Positions 18,642 through 29,354 of a DNA stretch of 64,000 bases are shown piece by piece. Source of the stretch: Geopsychrobacteraceae bacterium (GTDB lineage Bacteria > Desulfobacterota > Desulfuromonadia > Desulfuromonadales > Geopsychrobacteraceae). Made by a program: the position numbers and the translations under genes. Location: contig CAXXTB010000001.1 of assembly GCA_963676795.2 (NCBI GenBank), positions 320,001 to 384,000 of the forward strand. Reading direction: 5' to 3'. Numbering within the stretch: the first letter of the stretch is position 1; each line of letters opens with the position of its first letter. Under the pieces are notes generated by a model. That model had not been told where the DNA came from. It saw nothing but the letters and a program-made list of their open reading frames with translations, and did not search any database.

Positions 18642-19568
18642 ATGAACCGCTATCATCACCTGCTGCCGATTTTCAGCCTGTTCCTGGCCATGATGCTCTG
18701 GGCCAGTTCCTTTGTCGCCCTGAAGATCGCCTTTCAAAGCTACCATCCGATGCAGGTCATCTTCGGCCGCATGCTGATCGCAACCTGCTGTTTTCTGCTG
18801 TTTATTCCCTCGTTTCGCAAAATCAGACTGCGGCGCAAGGATGTCAAATACCTGATCATCATGGCCCTCTGCGAGCCCTGCCTCTACTTCCTCTTTGAAG
18901 CCAAGGCGCTTGAACTGACCAGCGCCTCGCAGGCGGGCATGATCACCGCAATGCTGCCGTTGCTGGTTGCGGTGCTGGCCTGGCTCGCCCTCAAGGAAAA
19001 GATCAGTCGCCGCACCCTGGTCGGTTTTCTGCTGGCGATCATCGGAGCCGGCTGGCTCAGCCTGGCCGGGGAGTCAACCCTGAACGCCCCGGCTCCGTTG
19101 CTCGGCAACCTCTGCGAATTCGCGGCCATGCTCTGCGCTGCCGGGTACACGGTGTCGCTCAAACACCTGACCAGTAACCTGCCGCCGCTGTTTCTCACCG
19201 CTTTCCAGGCCTTTGTCGGCAGCCTGTTCTTCGCCCCCTTTCTGCTCCTGCCGCATGTCGGTCTGCCGACCAGCTGGGACAGCCTTCCGGCCCTGGCGAT
19301 CATCTACCTGGGGACCTTCATTACCTTCGGCGCCTACGGCTGTTACAATTTCTCCGTCAGCCGCGTCCCGGCCAGCAAAGCGGCCGGCTATGTCAACCTG
19401 ATCCCGGTCTTCAGTGTTATCCTCGGCATGCTACTGCTCGGCGATCGTCTCAATCTGCAGCAATGGCTGGCCTGCCTACTGGTGTTCTGCGGGGTCTGGA
19501 TGAGTAGCAGGGGAGGGAAAAGCAAGAAGGATTTTCCACTGGAGGTCAACTATGAGTTACACCATTGA
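18642..19568 (+). CDS. EamA/DMT family transporter
   Basis: About 10 TM helices; LWASSFVALK, TSASQAGMITAMLP, AAGYVNLIPVF. Confidence 0.9.
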   Translation: MNRYHHLLPIFSLFLAMMLWASSFVALKIAFQSYHPMQVIFGRMLIATCCFLLFIPSFRKIRLRRKDVKYLIIMALCEPCLYFLFEAKALELTSASQAGMITAMLPLLVAVLAWLALKEKISRRTLVGFLLAIIGAGWLSLAGESTLNAPAPLLGNLCEFAAMLCAAGYTVSLKHLTSNLPPLFLTAFQAFVGSLFFAPFLLLPHVGLPTSWDSLPALAIIYLGTFITFGAYGCYNFSVSRVPASKAAGYVNLIPVFSVILGMLLLGDRLNLQQWLACLLVFCGVWMSSRGGKSKKDFPLEVNYELHH

Positions 19569-20256
19569 ACCGGTTGCCGTTATCCGCTCACCTTTCCGGG
19601 AAAAGTTCGCCACGCCGAGGCAACCGGGGCTGACCCCGTCGCTGCAGGCCAGTATCGAATTTATCGGGCCGTACGCGGACCCGAATGCCATCAGCGATCT
19701 GAAGCAGTTCAGCCACATCTGGCTGCTGTTTCTCTTTGATCAGAACTGGGACAAGGGCTGGACAGCGCGGGTCAGACCGCCGCGCTTAGGCGGCAACAAA
19801 CGGGTTGGGGTCTTTGCCACCCGTTCACCGTTCAGACCGAACCCGATCGGCCTGTCCGCGGTAAAACTGATCGACATCGACTGCCGCAACGACCAGCTGC
19901 GACTGATCGTTGAAGGGGCGGACCTGGTTGACGGCACCCCGATTATCGACATCAAGCCCTACATCCCCTACAGCGACTCTATCCCTTCAGCGGCCGGCGG
20001 TTTTGCTGATGGTCCGCCGCCCCTGCTCGAGGTCTGCTTCACTGAGGATGCGCAGAAGCAGCTCCTGACGCACGCAAATCCGCAACTTTTCAGTCAGCAG
20101 ATTCGTGAGGTTTTGAGTCTCGACCCGCGCCCCGCCTATCGCCGTACAAGCGACGACGGGCAGGAATATGGCGTCTTACTCGAAAACTTCAATATTCGTT
20201 GGCAGGTTGTCGGAGAGCAGGTTCTGGTGACCAGCCTTGAAAGAATAACCGGTTAA
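19552..20256 (+). CDS. tsaA: tRNA (N6-threonylcarbamoyladenosine(37)-N6)-methyltransferase TrmO
   Basis: KFATPRQPGL, VRPPRLGGNKRVGVFATRSPFRPNPIGLS, DLVDGTPIIDIKPY. Confidence 0.93.
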   Translation: MSYTIEPVAVIRSPFREKFATPRQPGLTPSLQASIEFIGPYADPNAISDLKQFSHIWLLFLFDQNWDKGWTARVRPPRLGGNKRVGVFATRSPFRPNPIGLSAVKLIDIDCRNDQLRLIVEGADLVDGTPIIDIKPYIPYSDSIPSAAGGFADGPPPLLEVCFTEDAQKQLLTHANPQLFSQQIREVLSLDPRPAYRRTSDDGQEYGVLLENFNIRWQVVGEQVLVTSLERITG

Positions 20257-20432
20257 TCGCAATCAGGGCGCCACAGACAGTCTGCCTGTCCGCAGGAAGC
20301 GGCAAAACCGGTCAGAAAACACTGCGGGTTTCCTTCGGCTTCCTGAATAGCCCTGACCAGTTCGGTCTTTTTCATTTTTCCCGGTTTGATCCCGAGTTCG
20401 GCGGCAACTTTTTTAATCTCTGTCATGTTCAT
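20253..20432 (-). CDS. Small Rho-N-terminal/SAP-like domain protein with a 4-Cys tail (59 aa)
   Basis: MNMTEIKKVAAELGIKPGKMKKTELVRAIQEAEGNPQCF...CGQADCLWRPDC; GGAG RBS. Confidence 0.8.
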   Translation of the reverse strand: MNMTEIKKVAAELGIKPGKMKKTELVRAIQEAEGNPQCFLTGFAASCGQADCLWRPDCD

Positions 20433-20614
20433 TGTCAAATCTCCAAACTTTTCAGTAATTCGTACAGAACGCATCAACAGAAAATATAGCGCTGACCAAA
20501 CAATCTGCAATCGCAGCAGAGAAAAATAATCCGATTCTCACACAAAAAATCGAGAAACAAAGATAAGCCCGTTTCAACAGATTTTTATCAAAACTCCGCA
20601 ACGCGGAGTTTTTC

Positions 20615-20997
20615 CGGTTCTGCCCATTAGCTGAGCAAAGCTAAGCGTGGGGCGCGCTGTCGGTTGCTGGTGTGAACCAACGAAGAAATGAAGGCAGGAA
20701 AACGACAATTTAAAGGGCGTTTTTGTCTTGCTTTTTGGGGCCCTGGCCAAAAAGCAAGGCGGCGTTCGGGGCCGCGACCCCGAGGTCTTGGTTTTCAACT
20801 GTTTTGAAAACCATAAAATCAAAGTCGCCGGTTCTCGCACCGGCAGGCAACGCACTTTTCTTTGGTCGCAAAGAAAAGTGCGCGAAAGAAACTTTTTGAA
20901 AACACTGGCATAAGCCGTTCATGCCACACAATAACGGGTCACACCAGCAAAACGGAACGCGCCCCAAGATGCGCGAGCGCATCAACGGGCAGAACCG
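20615..20997. mobile_element. MITE-like or structured palindromic element
   Basis: Imperfect ~62-bp terminal inverted repeats (20615-20678 / 20936-20997) enclosing several hairpins; no credible ORF. Confidence 0.55.
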
Positions 20998-21001
20998 AAT
21001 T

Positions 21002-21038
21002 ATGCCAAAGGCGGGCCGTTGAGGCCCGCCTTTGGCAT
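21002..21038 (-). terminator. Hairpin terminator after acnA
   Basis: atgccaaaggcgggcc-gttga-ggcccgcctttggcat. Confidence 0.7.
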
Positions 21039-21042
21039 TTCG

Positions 21043-23700
21043 TCATTTTTTCATCAGGTTAAGCAGAACATAGTTGAGAATCCCGCCGCTCTGGTAGTAA
21101 CCGATCTCCTGATCGGTATCGACGCGACAGAGCACCTCCAGGCTTTCACCGCTCCCGTCAGCACGGTGGATGGTCAGCTTGAGGGTCTGCTTCGGTTTCA
21201 GCACTGAGACTGACGGCATGGTGAACGCTTCGCTGCCATCGAGCTTGAGGCTTTCCGCTGAGCTGCCGCCGCTGAACTGCAGCGGCAGAATCCCCATACC
21301 GACCAGGTTGGAACGGTGAATCCGTTCGAAGCTCTCGGCCAGAACCGCTTTGACCCCGAGCAGCAGGGTGCCTTTGGCCGCCCAGTCACGGCTTGAACCG
21401 GTACCGTACTCCTTGCCGGCAATGACCATCAGGGGCGTTCCATCCTGTTGATAAAGCATTGAAGCATCGTAGATGCTCATGGTTTCTCCGCCTGGCGGGT
21501 AGCAGGAAACACCACCTTCGCTGCCCGGCACCATCCGGTTGCGCAGACGGATATTGGCAAAGGTACCGCGCATCATGACCTCATGGTTGCCGCGTCGTGA
21601 TCCGTAGGAATTGTAATCCTGCTCAACGACGCCATGTTCGCTAAGATACCTGCCCGCCGGGCTGCTCGCCTTGATCGATCCGGCCGGCGAGATGTGATCG
21701 GTGGTGATCGAATCGCCGAGCAGGGCGAGCAGACGCGCCTGGTCGATACCGGCAAAGCCCTGATTGACTTCGAGTTTATCGAAGAAAGAGGGGAGACGGA
21801 TATAGGTCGAGTCGGGATCCCAAGCGTAGGTCTGACCTTCGGGAGCCGGCAGGCTCTGCCAGGCCTGATCGCCGGAAAAAACTTCGGCGTATTCCTTCTG
21901 GAACATCTGGGCGTTGACCAGTGAGACCATTTCGGCGACCTCGGCATTGCTCGGCCAGATATCCTTGAGATAAACAGCTTCCCCTGCCTTGTTGTGACCG
22001 ACCGGCTCAGTGGTCAAATCGATGCGGGTTGTGCCGGCCAGGGCGAAGGCCACGACCATTGGCGGTGAGGCCAGCCAGTTGGCTTTGACCTGAGCGTGGA
22101 TGCGCCCTTCAAAGTTACGGTTACCGGAAAGCACCGAGCAGACGGTCAGTTCCCCCTGATCGATCGCCTGGGCGACAGGTTCTGCCAATGGGCCCGAGTT
22201 GCCGATACAGGTGGTACAGCCGTAACCGACAATGTTGAAACCGAGCTGATCAAGATAGCTCTGCAGCCCGGCCTTGGCCAGATAGTCGGTGACCACCTTG
22301 GAACCGGGCGCCAGTGAGGTCTTGACCCAGGCCTTCTGCTGCAGGCCGAGTTCGACAGCTTTTTTGGCAACCAGCCCTGCGGCCATCATGACCGCAGGGT
22401 TTGAGGTATTGGTGCAGGAGGTGATGGCGGCGATAACCACATCGCCGTGGTTCAGCCTGTCGTTGCTCCCCGGAATGGTGACACCTTCAGCGTCCAGCTG
22501 CGGCAGAACCTGCTCGGTCGCCGTGCGCATTCCTTCAAGCAGAACCTTGTCCTGTGGACGCTTGGGACCGGCCAGGCTGGGTCTGACCGTCGCCATGTCG
22601 AGCTCAAGCAGTGAGCTGTATTGCGGATCGGGCGTTGCGTCGGTCCGCCACAGCCCCTGCTCCTTGCAATAGGCTTCAACCAAAGCGATGGTTTCATCGC
22701 TACGGCCGGAGAGCTTGAGGTAATCGAGAGTAATCTGATCGATCGGGAAAAAACCGCAGGTTGCACCGTATTCCGGAGCCATATTGCCGATCGTCGCCCG
22801 GTCCGCCAGCGGCAGTTGGGAAAGTCCGGAGCCAAAGAATTCGACAAACTTGCCGACAACGCCATGCTTGCGCAGCATCTGAGTCACGGTCAGAACCAGG
22901 TCGGTGGCGGTGACGCCTTCACTTAAGGCGCCGGTCAGACGGAAGCCGACAACCTCCGGTATGAGCATCGAGATCGGCTGGCCAAGCATCGCCGCTTCCG
23001 CTTCGATACCGCCGACCCCCCAGCCCAGGACACCGAGACCGTTGACCATCGTGGTGTGACTGTCGGTGCCGACCAGGGTATCAGGGTAGGCGAGGGTTTC
23101 CCCATCTGCCTCTTCGCTCCAGACACCTTTGGCCAGGTATTCGAGATTGACCTGGTGACAGATACCGGTTCCGGGGGGGACGACACGGAAATTATCGAAA
23201 GCCTTCTGCCCCCAGCGCAGGAAAACATAACGTTCGCGGTTACGCTCCATCTCCTTGTCGACATTGGCGGAAAAAGCGCCCGGCTGGCCGAACTCATCGA
23301 CCATGACCGAGTGGTCGATGACCAGATCGACCGGAATCTGCGGATTGATGCAGGAAGGATCGCCGCCGTTCCTGGCCACTGCATCACGCATGGCAGCCAG
23401 ATCGACGATAGCCGGGACACCGGTAAAATCCTGCATCAGGACCCGGGCCGGACTGAAGGATATTTCGTCGTTGCCGGCTGTCTCGGGACTCCAGCCGGCA
23501 ACGGCTTCTATATCACGGCGAGTAATCGCCTGCCCATCCTCTTTGCGCAGCAGGTTCTCAAGCAGAACCTTGATCGTAAACGGTAGACGATCCGGTTCTC
23601 CCAGGCCTGCAGCTGCTGCAGCCTTAAGACTGAAATATCTATAGCTACGCCCGGCTACCTTGAGGATACTGGCAGTTTCAAACGAATTACCTGCCTTCAT
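21043..23700 (-). CDS. acnA: Aconitate hydratase A
   Basis: [59 protein letters not shown]. Confidence 0.97.
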   Translation of the reverse strand: MKAGNSFETASILKVAGRSYRYFSLKAAAAAGLGEPDRLPFTIKVLLENLLRKEDGQAITRRDIEAVAGWSPETAGNDEISFSPARVLMQDFTGVPAIVDLAAMRDAVARNGGDPSCINPQIPVDLVIDHSVMVDEFGQPGAFSANVDKEMERNRERYVFLRWGQKAFDNFRVVPPGTGICHQVNLEYLAKGVWSEEADGETLAYPDTLVGTDSHTTMVNGLGVLGWGVGGIEAEAAMLGQPISMLIPEVVGFRLTGALSEGVTATDLVLTVTQMLRKHGVVGKFVEFFGSGLSQLPLADRATIGNMAPEYGATCGFFPIDQITLDYLKLSGRSDETIALVEAYCKEQGLWRTDATPDPQYSSLLELDMATVRPSLAGPKRPQDKVLLEGMRTATEQVLPQLDAEGVTIPGSNDRLNHGDVVIAAITSCTNTSNPAVMMAAGLVAKKAVELGLQQKAWVKTSLAPGSKVVTDYLAKAGLQSYLDQLGFNIVGYGCTTCIGNSGPLAEPVAQAIDQGELTVCSVLSGNRNFEGRIHAQVKANWLASPPMVVAFALAGTTRIDLTTEPVGHNKAGEAVYLKDIWPSNAEVAEMVSLVNAQMFQKEYAEVFSGDQAWQSLPAPEGQTYAWDPDSTYIRLPSFFDKLEVNQGFAGIDQARLLALLGDSITTDHISPAGSIKASSPAGRYLSEHGVVEQDYNSYGSRRGNHEVMMRGTFANIRLRNRMVPGSEGGVSCYPPGGETMSIYDASMLYQQDGTPLMVIAGKEYGTGSSRDWAAKGTLLLGVKAVLAESFERIHRSNLVGMGILPLQFSGGSSAESLKLDGSEAFTMPSVSVLKPKQTLKLTIHRADGSGESLEVLCRVDTDQEIGYYQSGGILNYVLLNLMKK

Positions 23701-23806
23701 CTTGACCTCCTATTTTAGTTCAAGTCGTGGATATTGTTGATGCTCATATAGCATACTCCAACATTTTACCGAATTGATAGAAGGTCGCTCATTAATTTTC
23801 AGTCGG

Positions 23807-25591
23807 CTATTTTTTTCCCTTGTGGTTCTTGGGCAGAATAATCGTAAAGAGACTCCCCTGGCCAACCTGACTCTGGACCGTCACCCTGCCGCCGTGAGCG
23901 TTACAGATGTGTTTGACGATCGCCAGCCCCAGGCCTGTTCCGCCAAGGTCACGACTGCGCGCCTGATCGATCCGGTAGAAACGTTCAAAGAGCCGCGGCA
24001 AATGTTCCTCCGCGATCCCCGGTCCGGAGTCTTTAACCGAAATCGCCACTTCCTCGCTCAGATCCTTGGCCTCGATCACCACTTCACTGCCACTTGGGCT
24101 GTACTTGATGGCGTTGCTGAGCAGGTTGATAATCGCCTGCTCCAGGAGTGGAGCATTGACCCTGGCGCGTAAATCTTCGCCACAAACGACCTTGAGCCTG
24201 GTCTGCTGGCGAGCCTGCAGGGATTCACAGCCTCCCTTGGCGCCTTCGAGCAACGGCAGCAGTTTGGTTTCCTCAAGTTCCCAGGAACCGTCCTTGCTCC
24301 CCTGTTCAATCCGCGACAGATCGAGCAGATCCTCAACCAGGGCATTGAGACGCTCACTCTGCTTGAAGATAATCTGCAGGAAGCGTTGACAGGCCTGATC
24401 AAACCCCTCCTCGTCGAGCAGGGTCTCCACCGCACCGCGAATCGCCGTTATCGGTGTTTTCAGCTCGTGGGAAACATTGGCTACAAAATCGCGCCGCACC
24501 GATTCGAGCTGGCGCATGTGGGTCAGATCATGAAGAACGATAAGCACACCGATCCGCTCATGCAGCTTTCCGGTCAACGGTGCAGCCTGAACATGGAGAT
24601 AGCGCTTTTCCGGACTGAGCAGCACCAGCTCATCTTCTAGCGGCCCCTGGGCCTGCAGAGCTTCTGTCACGAAGCGCAGCAGTCCGGAATGACGGATCAA
24701 CCCCTGAATCGGGCAACCCGGGTCAACCTTTGAGCTTATACCAAATAAATCTGAGGCTGCAGCGTTCATACGTATAACCTGTTCATTATTATCGATAGCA
24801 ATGATCCCCTCGACCATACAGCCGAGAATGGCTTCAATTTCACTGCGCTGTTCCACCTCTTTTTCGATCAGCCCCGACAGATCGCCTGCCATGGAGTTGA
24901 GTGCTTTTGCCAGGCGGCTGGTCTCGACGGAACCGCTTTCGATGAGCGGGACATCCAGTTCCCCCTGCGAAAAACGCTGGGCCGCGGCGGTCATCTGTTC
25001 CAGAGGCCGGCTGATTCGGCGTGACAACAACCAGGACACCGGTGCCGCAATGATAATGATCAGCACCCCGGCCAGAACCAGACGCCGGTAGACCTGGCTC
25101 AGTGTCTCATCGATATCGGAAACGCTGATAGCGGTCCTGACCGAACCTAGAACCCGGTCATTCTCCACGAATGGAATGGCGACATACATCAGTGTCTGCC
25201 CAAGGGTTCGACTGAAGCGCACTGCCTGGCCATAGTCCTGGCTCCGGGTACTGACCACCTCCGGACGTTTGCCGTGATTTTCCATCCTGGTGGAATCTTC
25301 ATCTGAATCAGCCAGAACCACGCCATCCTCACGGATGATCGTGATCCTGGTTCCGGACCTCTCTCCCAGCATCCTGACCCGGGTGGTCAGCTGCTGCGCA
25401 TTGTCCAAGGAAAACGAGCCGTGCAGCTGTTCGGCAACAAGTTCAGCCCTGGCTTTCAGATCTGCGGCTGTCTGTGCGTAATGAAATGACTTGAGAACAA
25501 CGGAGACATACCAGCCAAGACCGACCAGAACCAGGACAGCCAGAAGGATATAGGTCGGATAGAGATGCCAGACCAGGCGCTTTAATCTCAT
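23807..25591 (-). CDS. phoR: Phosphate regulon sensor histidine kinase (TM-Cache-HAMP-PAS-HisKA-HATPase)
   Basis: MENHGKRPEV periplasmic motif, RRDFVANVSHELKTP, LFERFYRIDQARSRDLGGTGLGLAIVKH; overlaps the phoB stop. Confidence 0.88.
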   Translation of the reverse strand: MRLKRLVWHLYPTYILLAVLVLVGLGWYVSVVLKSFHYAQTAADLKARAELVAEQLHGSFSLDNAQQLTTRVRMLGERSGTRITIIREDGVVLADSDEDSTRMENHGKRPEVVSTRSQDYGQAVRFSRTLGQTLMYVAIPFVENDRVLGSVRTAISVSDIDETLSQVYRRLVLAGVLIIIIAAPVSWLLSRRISRPLEQMTAAAQRFSQGELDVPLIESGSVETSRLAKALNSMAGDLSGLIEKEVEQRSEIEAILGCMVEGIIAIDNNEQVIRMNAAASDLFGISSKVDPGCPIQGLIRHSGLLRFVTEALQAQGPLEDELVLLSPEKRYLHVQAAPLTGKLHERIGVLIVLHDLTHMRQLESVRRDFVANVSHELKTPITAIRGAVETLLDEEGFDQACQRFLQIIFKQSERLNALVEDLLDLSRIEQGSKDGSWELEETKLLPLLEGAKGGCESLQARQQTRLKVVCGEDLRARVNAPLLEQAIINLLSNAIKYSPSGSEVVIEAKDLSEEVAISVKDSGPGIAEEHLPRLFERFYRIDQARSRDLGGTGLGLAIVKHICNAHGGRVTVQSQVGQGSLFTIILPKNHKGKK

Positions 25592-26289
25592 GACAGTTCC
25601 TTGAAACGATAACCGACTCCACGTACGGTTTCGATGTAGTGGCCACAGGGGCCAAGTTTTTTCCTCAAACCGGCGATCTGAACGTCGACTGCACGGTCGG
25701 TCACCGCATAATCCTCACCACGTACGGCGTTGACGATCTGATAGCGGGTAAACACCCAGCCGGGGCGACTGGCCAGGGCTTCGAGCACCCTGAACTCGGT
25801 AAAGGTCAGTTCAACCGGACTGCCACAGACCACGACCTGGTTGCGCCCGCTATGGATCGTCAGTTCATCGAAATGCAGTTCCTGCTCCTGGCTGGCCATC
25901 TCAGTCTCTACATTGCGCCGCATAACTGCCTGCACACGAGCCAGCAGGACCTTGACACTGAACGGTTTGGTGACGTAATCGTCCGCACCCATTTCAAGTC
26001 CTTGGACAACGTCCCGCTCTTCGCCGCGGGCGGTGAGCATGATGATCGGTATTTCCTGGGTATCTTCATCAGATTTCAATCTCTTACAGATCTCAAGACC
26101 ATCGATACCCGGCAGCATCAGGTCGAGAAGGATCAGGTCCGGGCGCTTGATTCCGACCAGTTTCAGCCCCTCTTCACCACAGGTCGCACAGACCACATCG
26201 TACCCCGCCTTGATCAGGTTGAAGTGGAGAAGGGCGAGAATATCCTCCTCATCCTCAACGACCAGAACTGTTTTTTTATCTTCTGACAT
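25588..26289 (-). CDS. phoB: Phosphate regulon response regulator (OmpR/PhoB family)
   Basis: LILLDLMLPG receiver; winged helix with RAVDVQIAGLRKKL and IETVRGVGYRF; upstream of the phoR-like kinase. Confidence 0.85.
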   Translation of the reverse strand: MSEDKKTVLVVEDEEDILALLHFNLIKAGYDVVCATCGEEGLKLVGIKRPDLILLDLMLPGIDGLEICKRLKSDEDTQEIPIIMLTARGEERDVVQGLEMGADDYVTKPFSVKVLLARVQAVMRRNVETEMASQEQELHFDELTIHSGRNQVVVCGSPVELTFTEFRVLEALASRPGWVFTRYQIVNAVRGEDYAVTDRAVDVQIAGLRKKLGPCGHYIETVRGVGYRFKELS

Positions 26290-26340
26290 ATCAACTCCAA
26301 ACATTGTCTAATAATATTTGAATGGAAGTATATCGTTCAA

Positions 26341-26357
26341 TGTTAGGATATTGTGAA
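26341..26357 (-). promoter_or_regulatory. Putative autoregulatory Pho box for phoBR
   Basis: Minus strand TTCACA-N5-CTAACA with a TATACT -10 hexamer 8 nt downstream. Confidence 0.7.
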
Positions 26358-26512
26358 TTTGCTAACAATATTTTGCCAAGATTGTTTTTTGGTTATTTTT
26401 TTCCATAAAACTATACTGATTAAAAAAATAACGTTGTTTTTATATTTGGCCTGTGCTAGAAGCGAAAATATCGTGTCTCGGTTGCCCTCGTATAATTTTC
26501 AAGGAGTTTAGA

Positions 26513-26713
26513 ATGGCAGAAGGTACTGTAAAATGGTTTAACGATGCAAAAGGTTTTGGTTTCATCGAGCAAGACAACGGCCCGGATGTTTTTGTTCACT
26601 TTTCAGCTATCCAGTCCGAAGGTTTCAAATCCTTGGCAGAGGGTGATCGTGTAACTTTTGATGTTATTCAGGGAGATAAAGGGCCTCAATCGGCCAACGT
26701 CGTCAAACTTTAA
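26513..26713 (+). CDS. Cold-shock protein (CspA family)
   Basis: [18 protein letters not shown]...[18 protein letters not shown]. Confidence 0.96.
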   Translation: MAEGTVKWFNDAKGFGFIEQDNGPDVFVHFSAIQSEGFKSLAEGDRVTFDVIQGDKGPQSANVVKL

Positions 26714-26791
26714 GACGATATAATCCATTACGGATTTCAAAGACACAATCAAGTTAGACATGTGAGGTATTCAGAGAGGGTGAACCATTTG

Positions 26792-26827
26792 AGGGCTTCG
26801 GAATTTTCCGAAGCCCTTTTTATTTTC
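26792..26827 (+). terminator. Intrinsic terminator after the csp gene
   Basis: agggcttcggaa-tt-ttccgaagccct followed by a T tract. Confidence 0.75.
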
Positions 26828-26829
26828 AA

Positions 26830-28623
26830 CTAGTTTTTGTCAAGAAATAGTGTCTTCTCTCTTTGTATTTTCCAGTCATTGTCTTTTCGAACTAGCTGAA
26901 TTGCTTTTCTTGAATGATCACTGTAGCTATTCGACAGATAAACCTGGTCAAATGTGACGTTGACCAGATCTTCATGAACCTCTTCAAGCTGAATATTTTC
27001 CAGATCAATCTTGATCCATTCCGCTTTTTTTATCAGCTCACGCCGTTTCTGACTCCATTGCTCATAACTGAGGTCTTCGGTCGGCTCATAGTCTTTATTG
27101 TAATTCTCCAGATAACCATCGACATCCTGTTTTGACCAGGCTGTTGCCCAACTTTTCAGACTGGTTACGATCTCTGTTTCCAGTTGTTGTGATAAATGAT
27201 CTCCGGAGATAACCTCTATATCCCGCCGGCTCACAGTTTCTGCATCGAGAGCGGCTTCTTCGCTGAACTCCTGTCCCGCCGGCCACCATTCCTGTTGCTC
27301 TGCCTGAACAGGTCGAGCTTCGGGTGCTGTCACATGCTGGCTAACGGTCTCTTCAACAAGTTGTACGACTTCACGGCTGACAACAGTATTCTGATCTGCT
27401 GTTGCCTGGGCAGCAGCTTCCTGAACAGCGACAACGACCTCGTCATTGTGTTCGATGCTTTCTGGCCGGGCGGTTTCAGCGACGGCCCCAACAGGCTCTA
27501 CGACCGGCTCGTTCTCCTGCGGCTCCTCGACAACAGCTGCGTAAGTCGGACTTTGTTCCGGTTCAGTTGATGAACTGAAAAAAGCCGCAGTCGCCAGACC
27601 AAGCAGAAAGGCCAAAACGAAACAGAGCGCCAGCAACTGATAGATTTTAGAATCCCTATATTGTACTTCTGCGACGGCCTGTTGCCCGGAACTCAACTCT
27701 TCGATCTGGCGCTGGGCATCGGTCAGGCGATTGGACAGCCGATTGTACTCAAGGGTTGCTTCATCGAGCTGCAGAATCAACTGGTTCTTCTCTTTGATCA
27801 GCTTTCTGACCTGGGGAAGAACGTCCCTTTTCTCCCGAATCGAGATATTCACTCTATCAACAGCTTTATCCACAGGTGTGGACAAAGGCTGTTCGCCATC
27901 CATTTGCTGAGCCTCCTTCAAGCCAAGCAGCTCCCTGTAAGGTTCAGCGAAATCCGTATATGTTTTATCTCCCCGGCCAAGCAGATTAAGACAAAGCGCC
28001 TTAAGCGCCTGACAGTCAAACCGGTCGAGCAGTTCATCTTCCCGCGGGTCAAATGAGCGATCCGCCGTTACAAGCTGTAACAGCAGCTGACCGAGACTGC
28101 GCAGAGTGTCTTCCAACTGCTGGCTGTAGCTTTTCCTGGCATGGACAAGAGCAAAACTCTCCTGAATACCAAAATCGGCGATGACAGCTTCACCTTTATC
28201 ATTGAAGAAAACCTTATCTGCGACGATAGCACCGGGCAGCAATTTCTTTTTCGCAGCGTAATTTACGGCGCCAATCAGCTCGATCAACAGTTTTACGATC
28301 CGTTGTACAGACAGCCCTCGTTCGATGATCGCCCCAAGTGATTCAAGATAGTTGTAGCTCGTTGTGAAGTAGAAGAAGTCCCCTTCGTAGCCCGAGTCAT
28401 AGACAGGTGCGATTCCCGGGTGCTCGAGGAGAAAAAGTTGATCCAGCCGGCTCGACAGGGTCCGCCGCTGGTCGCTGATACCCGCCTCTTCAATGGAATA
28501 AACGTTGAGAATGACGGCGCTGTGAAAAAACGGATCTTCGGTCAGACAGCAGGTCTGGAACCCCTCGCTGTGAAGAACCTCTTTGACTGTATAGACACCA
28601 AATTTCTGATTTTTTTCTAACAT
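26830..28623 (-). CDS. Membrane protein: degenerate Ser/Thr kinase-like domain, coiled coil, TM helix, acidic linker, C-terminal NTF2-like domain
   Basis: LEHPGIAPVYDSG and VIADFGI retained, HRD absent; C-terminal WATAWSKQDVDGYL...VTFDQVYLSNSYSD...WKIQRE. Confidence 0.7.
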   Translation of the reverse strand: MLEKNQKFGVYTVKEVLHSEGFQTCCLTEDPFFHSAVILNVYSIEEAGISDQRRTLSSRLDQLFLLEHPGIAPVYDSGYEGDFFYFTTSYNYLESLGAIIERGLSVQRIVKLLIELIGAVNYAAKKKLLPGAIVADKVFFNDKGEAVIADFGIQESFALVHARKSYSQQLEDTLRSLGQLLLQLVTADRSFDPREDELLDRFDCQALKALCLNLLGRGDKTYTDFAEPYRELLGLKEAQQMDGEQPLSTPVDKAVDRVNISIREKRDVLPQVRKLIKEKNQLILQLDEATLEYNRLSNRLTDAQRQIEELSSGQQAVAEVQYRDSKIYQLLALCFVLAFLLGLATAAFFSSSTEPEQSPTYAAVVEEPQENEPVVEPVGAVAETARPESIEHNDEVVVAVQEAAAQATADQNTVVSREVVQLVEETVSQHVTAPEARPVQAEQQEWWPAGQEFSEEAALDAETVSRRDIEVISGDHLSQQLETEIVTSLKSWATAWSKQDVDGYLENYNKDYEPTEDLSYEQWSQKRRELIKKAEWIKIDLENIQLEEVHEDLVNVTFDQVYLSNSYSDHSRKAIQLVRKDNDWKIQREKTLFLDKN

Positions 28624-28707
28624 GACTGCCTCAGACCGACACTTTTTAATAATTTTTTTTAATATATAGAAATATAAAAGAATGATTCAAGTGTCAATCT
28701 TTACGCG

Positions 28708-29349
28708 TTAATTTGACCGGGAAACACCTTTTCGCGGACAGAGCTTGATCACTGGACAACAGCTGCAGAAGGGTGTTGGCGCTTTACAGCAGCTGCGGCC
28801 ATGAGCAATCAGAATATGGCTGCTCTGTGTCCAGTCCTCACGGGGAAGGAGTTTCATCAGATCCTGCTCGATACGGACCGGGTCAGCTGAGGCTGTCCAG
28901 CCGAACCGACCGGCCAGGCGCTTGACATGGGTATCCACAACCATTCCGGGGATACCGAATGCGTTTCCGAGTACGACATTGGCGGTCTTGCGCCCGACTC
29001 CGCTGAGAGCGACGAGTGATGCAAGATCCTGTGGTACCTGTCCCTGGTGCAGGGTAAGGATCTGCCGGGCGCAGAGAATCAGGTTTTGTGCCTTGTTGCG
29101 AAAAAAACCTGTCGAACGGATCAGTTCTTCGACCTCTCCCTGAGAGGCCTGCGCCAACTCGACAGGCGTGGGGAACTGTTTGAACAGCTGCCGTGTGACG
29201 ATATTGACCCTGACATCGGTACACTGGGCCGAAAGAATGGTCGCAACCAGCAGTTGCCAGGGGTTCTGGTAATTGAGCGCGCAATGAGCATCGGGATAAA
29301 GATCATCCAGAACCCTGAGTAATTCGAGTGCTTTTTCCTTTTTTTTCAT
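28708..29349 (-). CDS. nth: Endonuclease III
   Basis: LLVATILSAQCTD, HhH LSGVGRKTANVV, VDTHV, C-terminal Fe-S cysteines. Confidence 0.96.
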   Translation of the reverse strand: MKKKEKALELLRVLDDLYPDAHCALNYQNPWQLLVATILSAQCTDVRVNIVTRQLFKQFPTPVELAQASQGEVEELIRSTGFFRNKAQNLILCARQILTLHQGQVPQDLASLVALSGVGRKTANVVLGNAFGIPGMVVDTHVKRLAGRFGWTASADPVRIEQDLMKLLPREDWTQSSHILIAHGRSCCKAPTPFCSCCPVIKLCPRKGVSRSN

Positions 29350-29354
29350 GTCTC

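Noticed and set aside
20574..21062. Several short ORFs within the palindromic element
   Set aside because: No RBS or recognisable motifs; better explained by repeat structure
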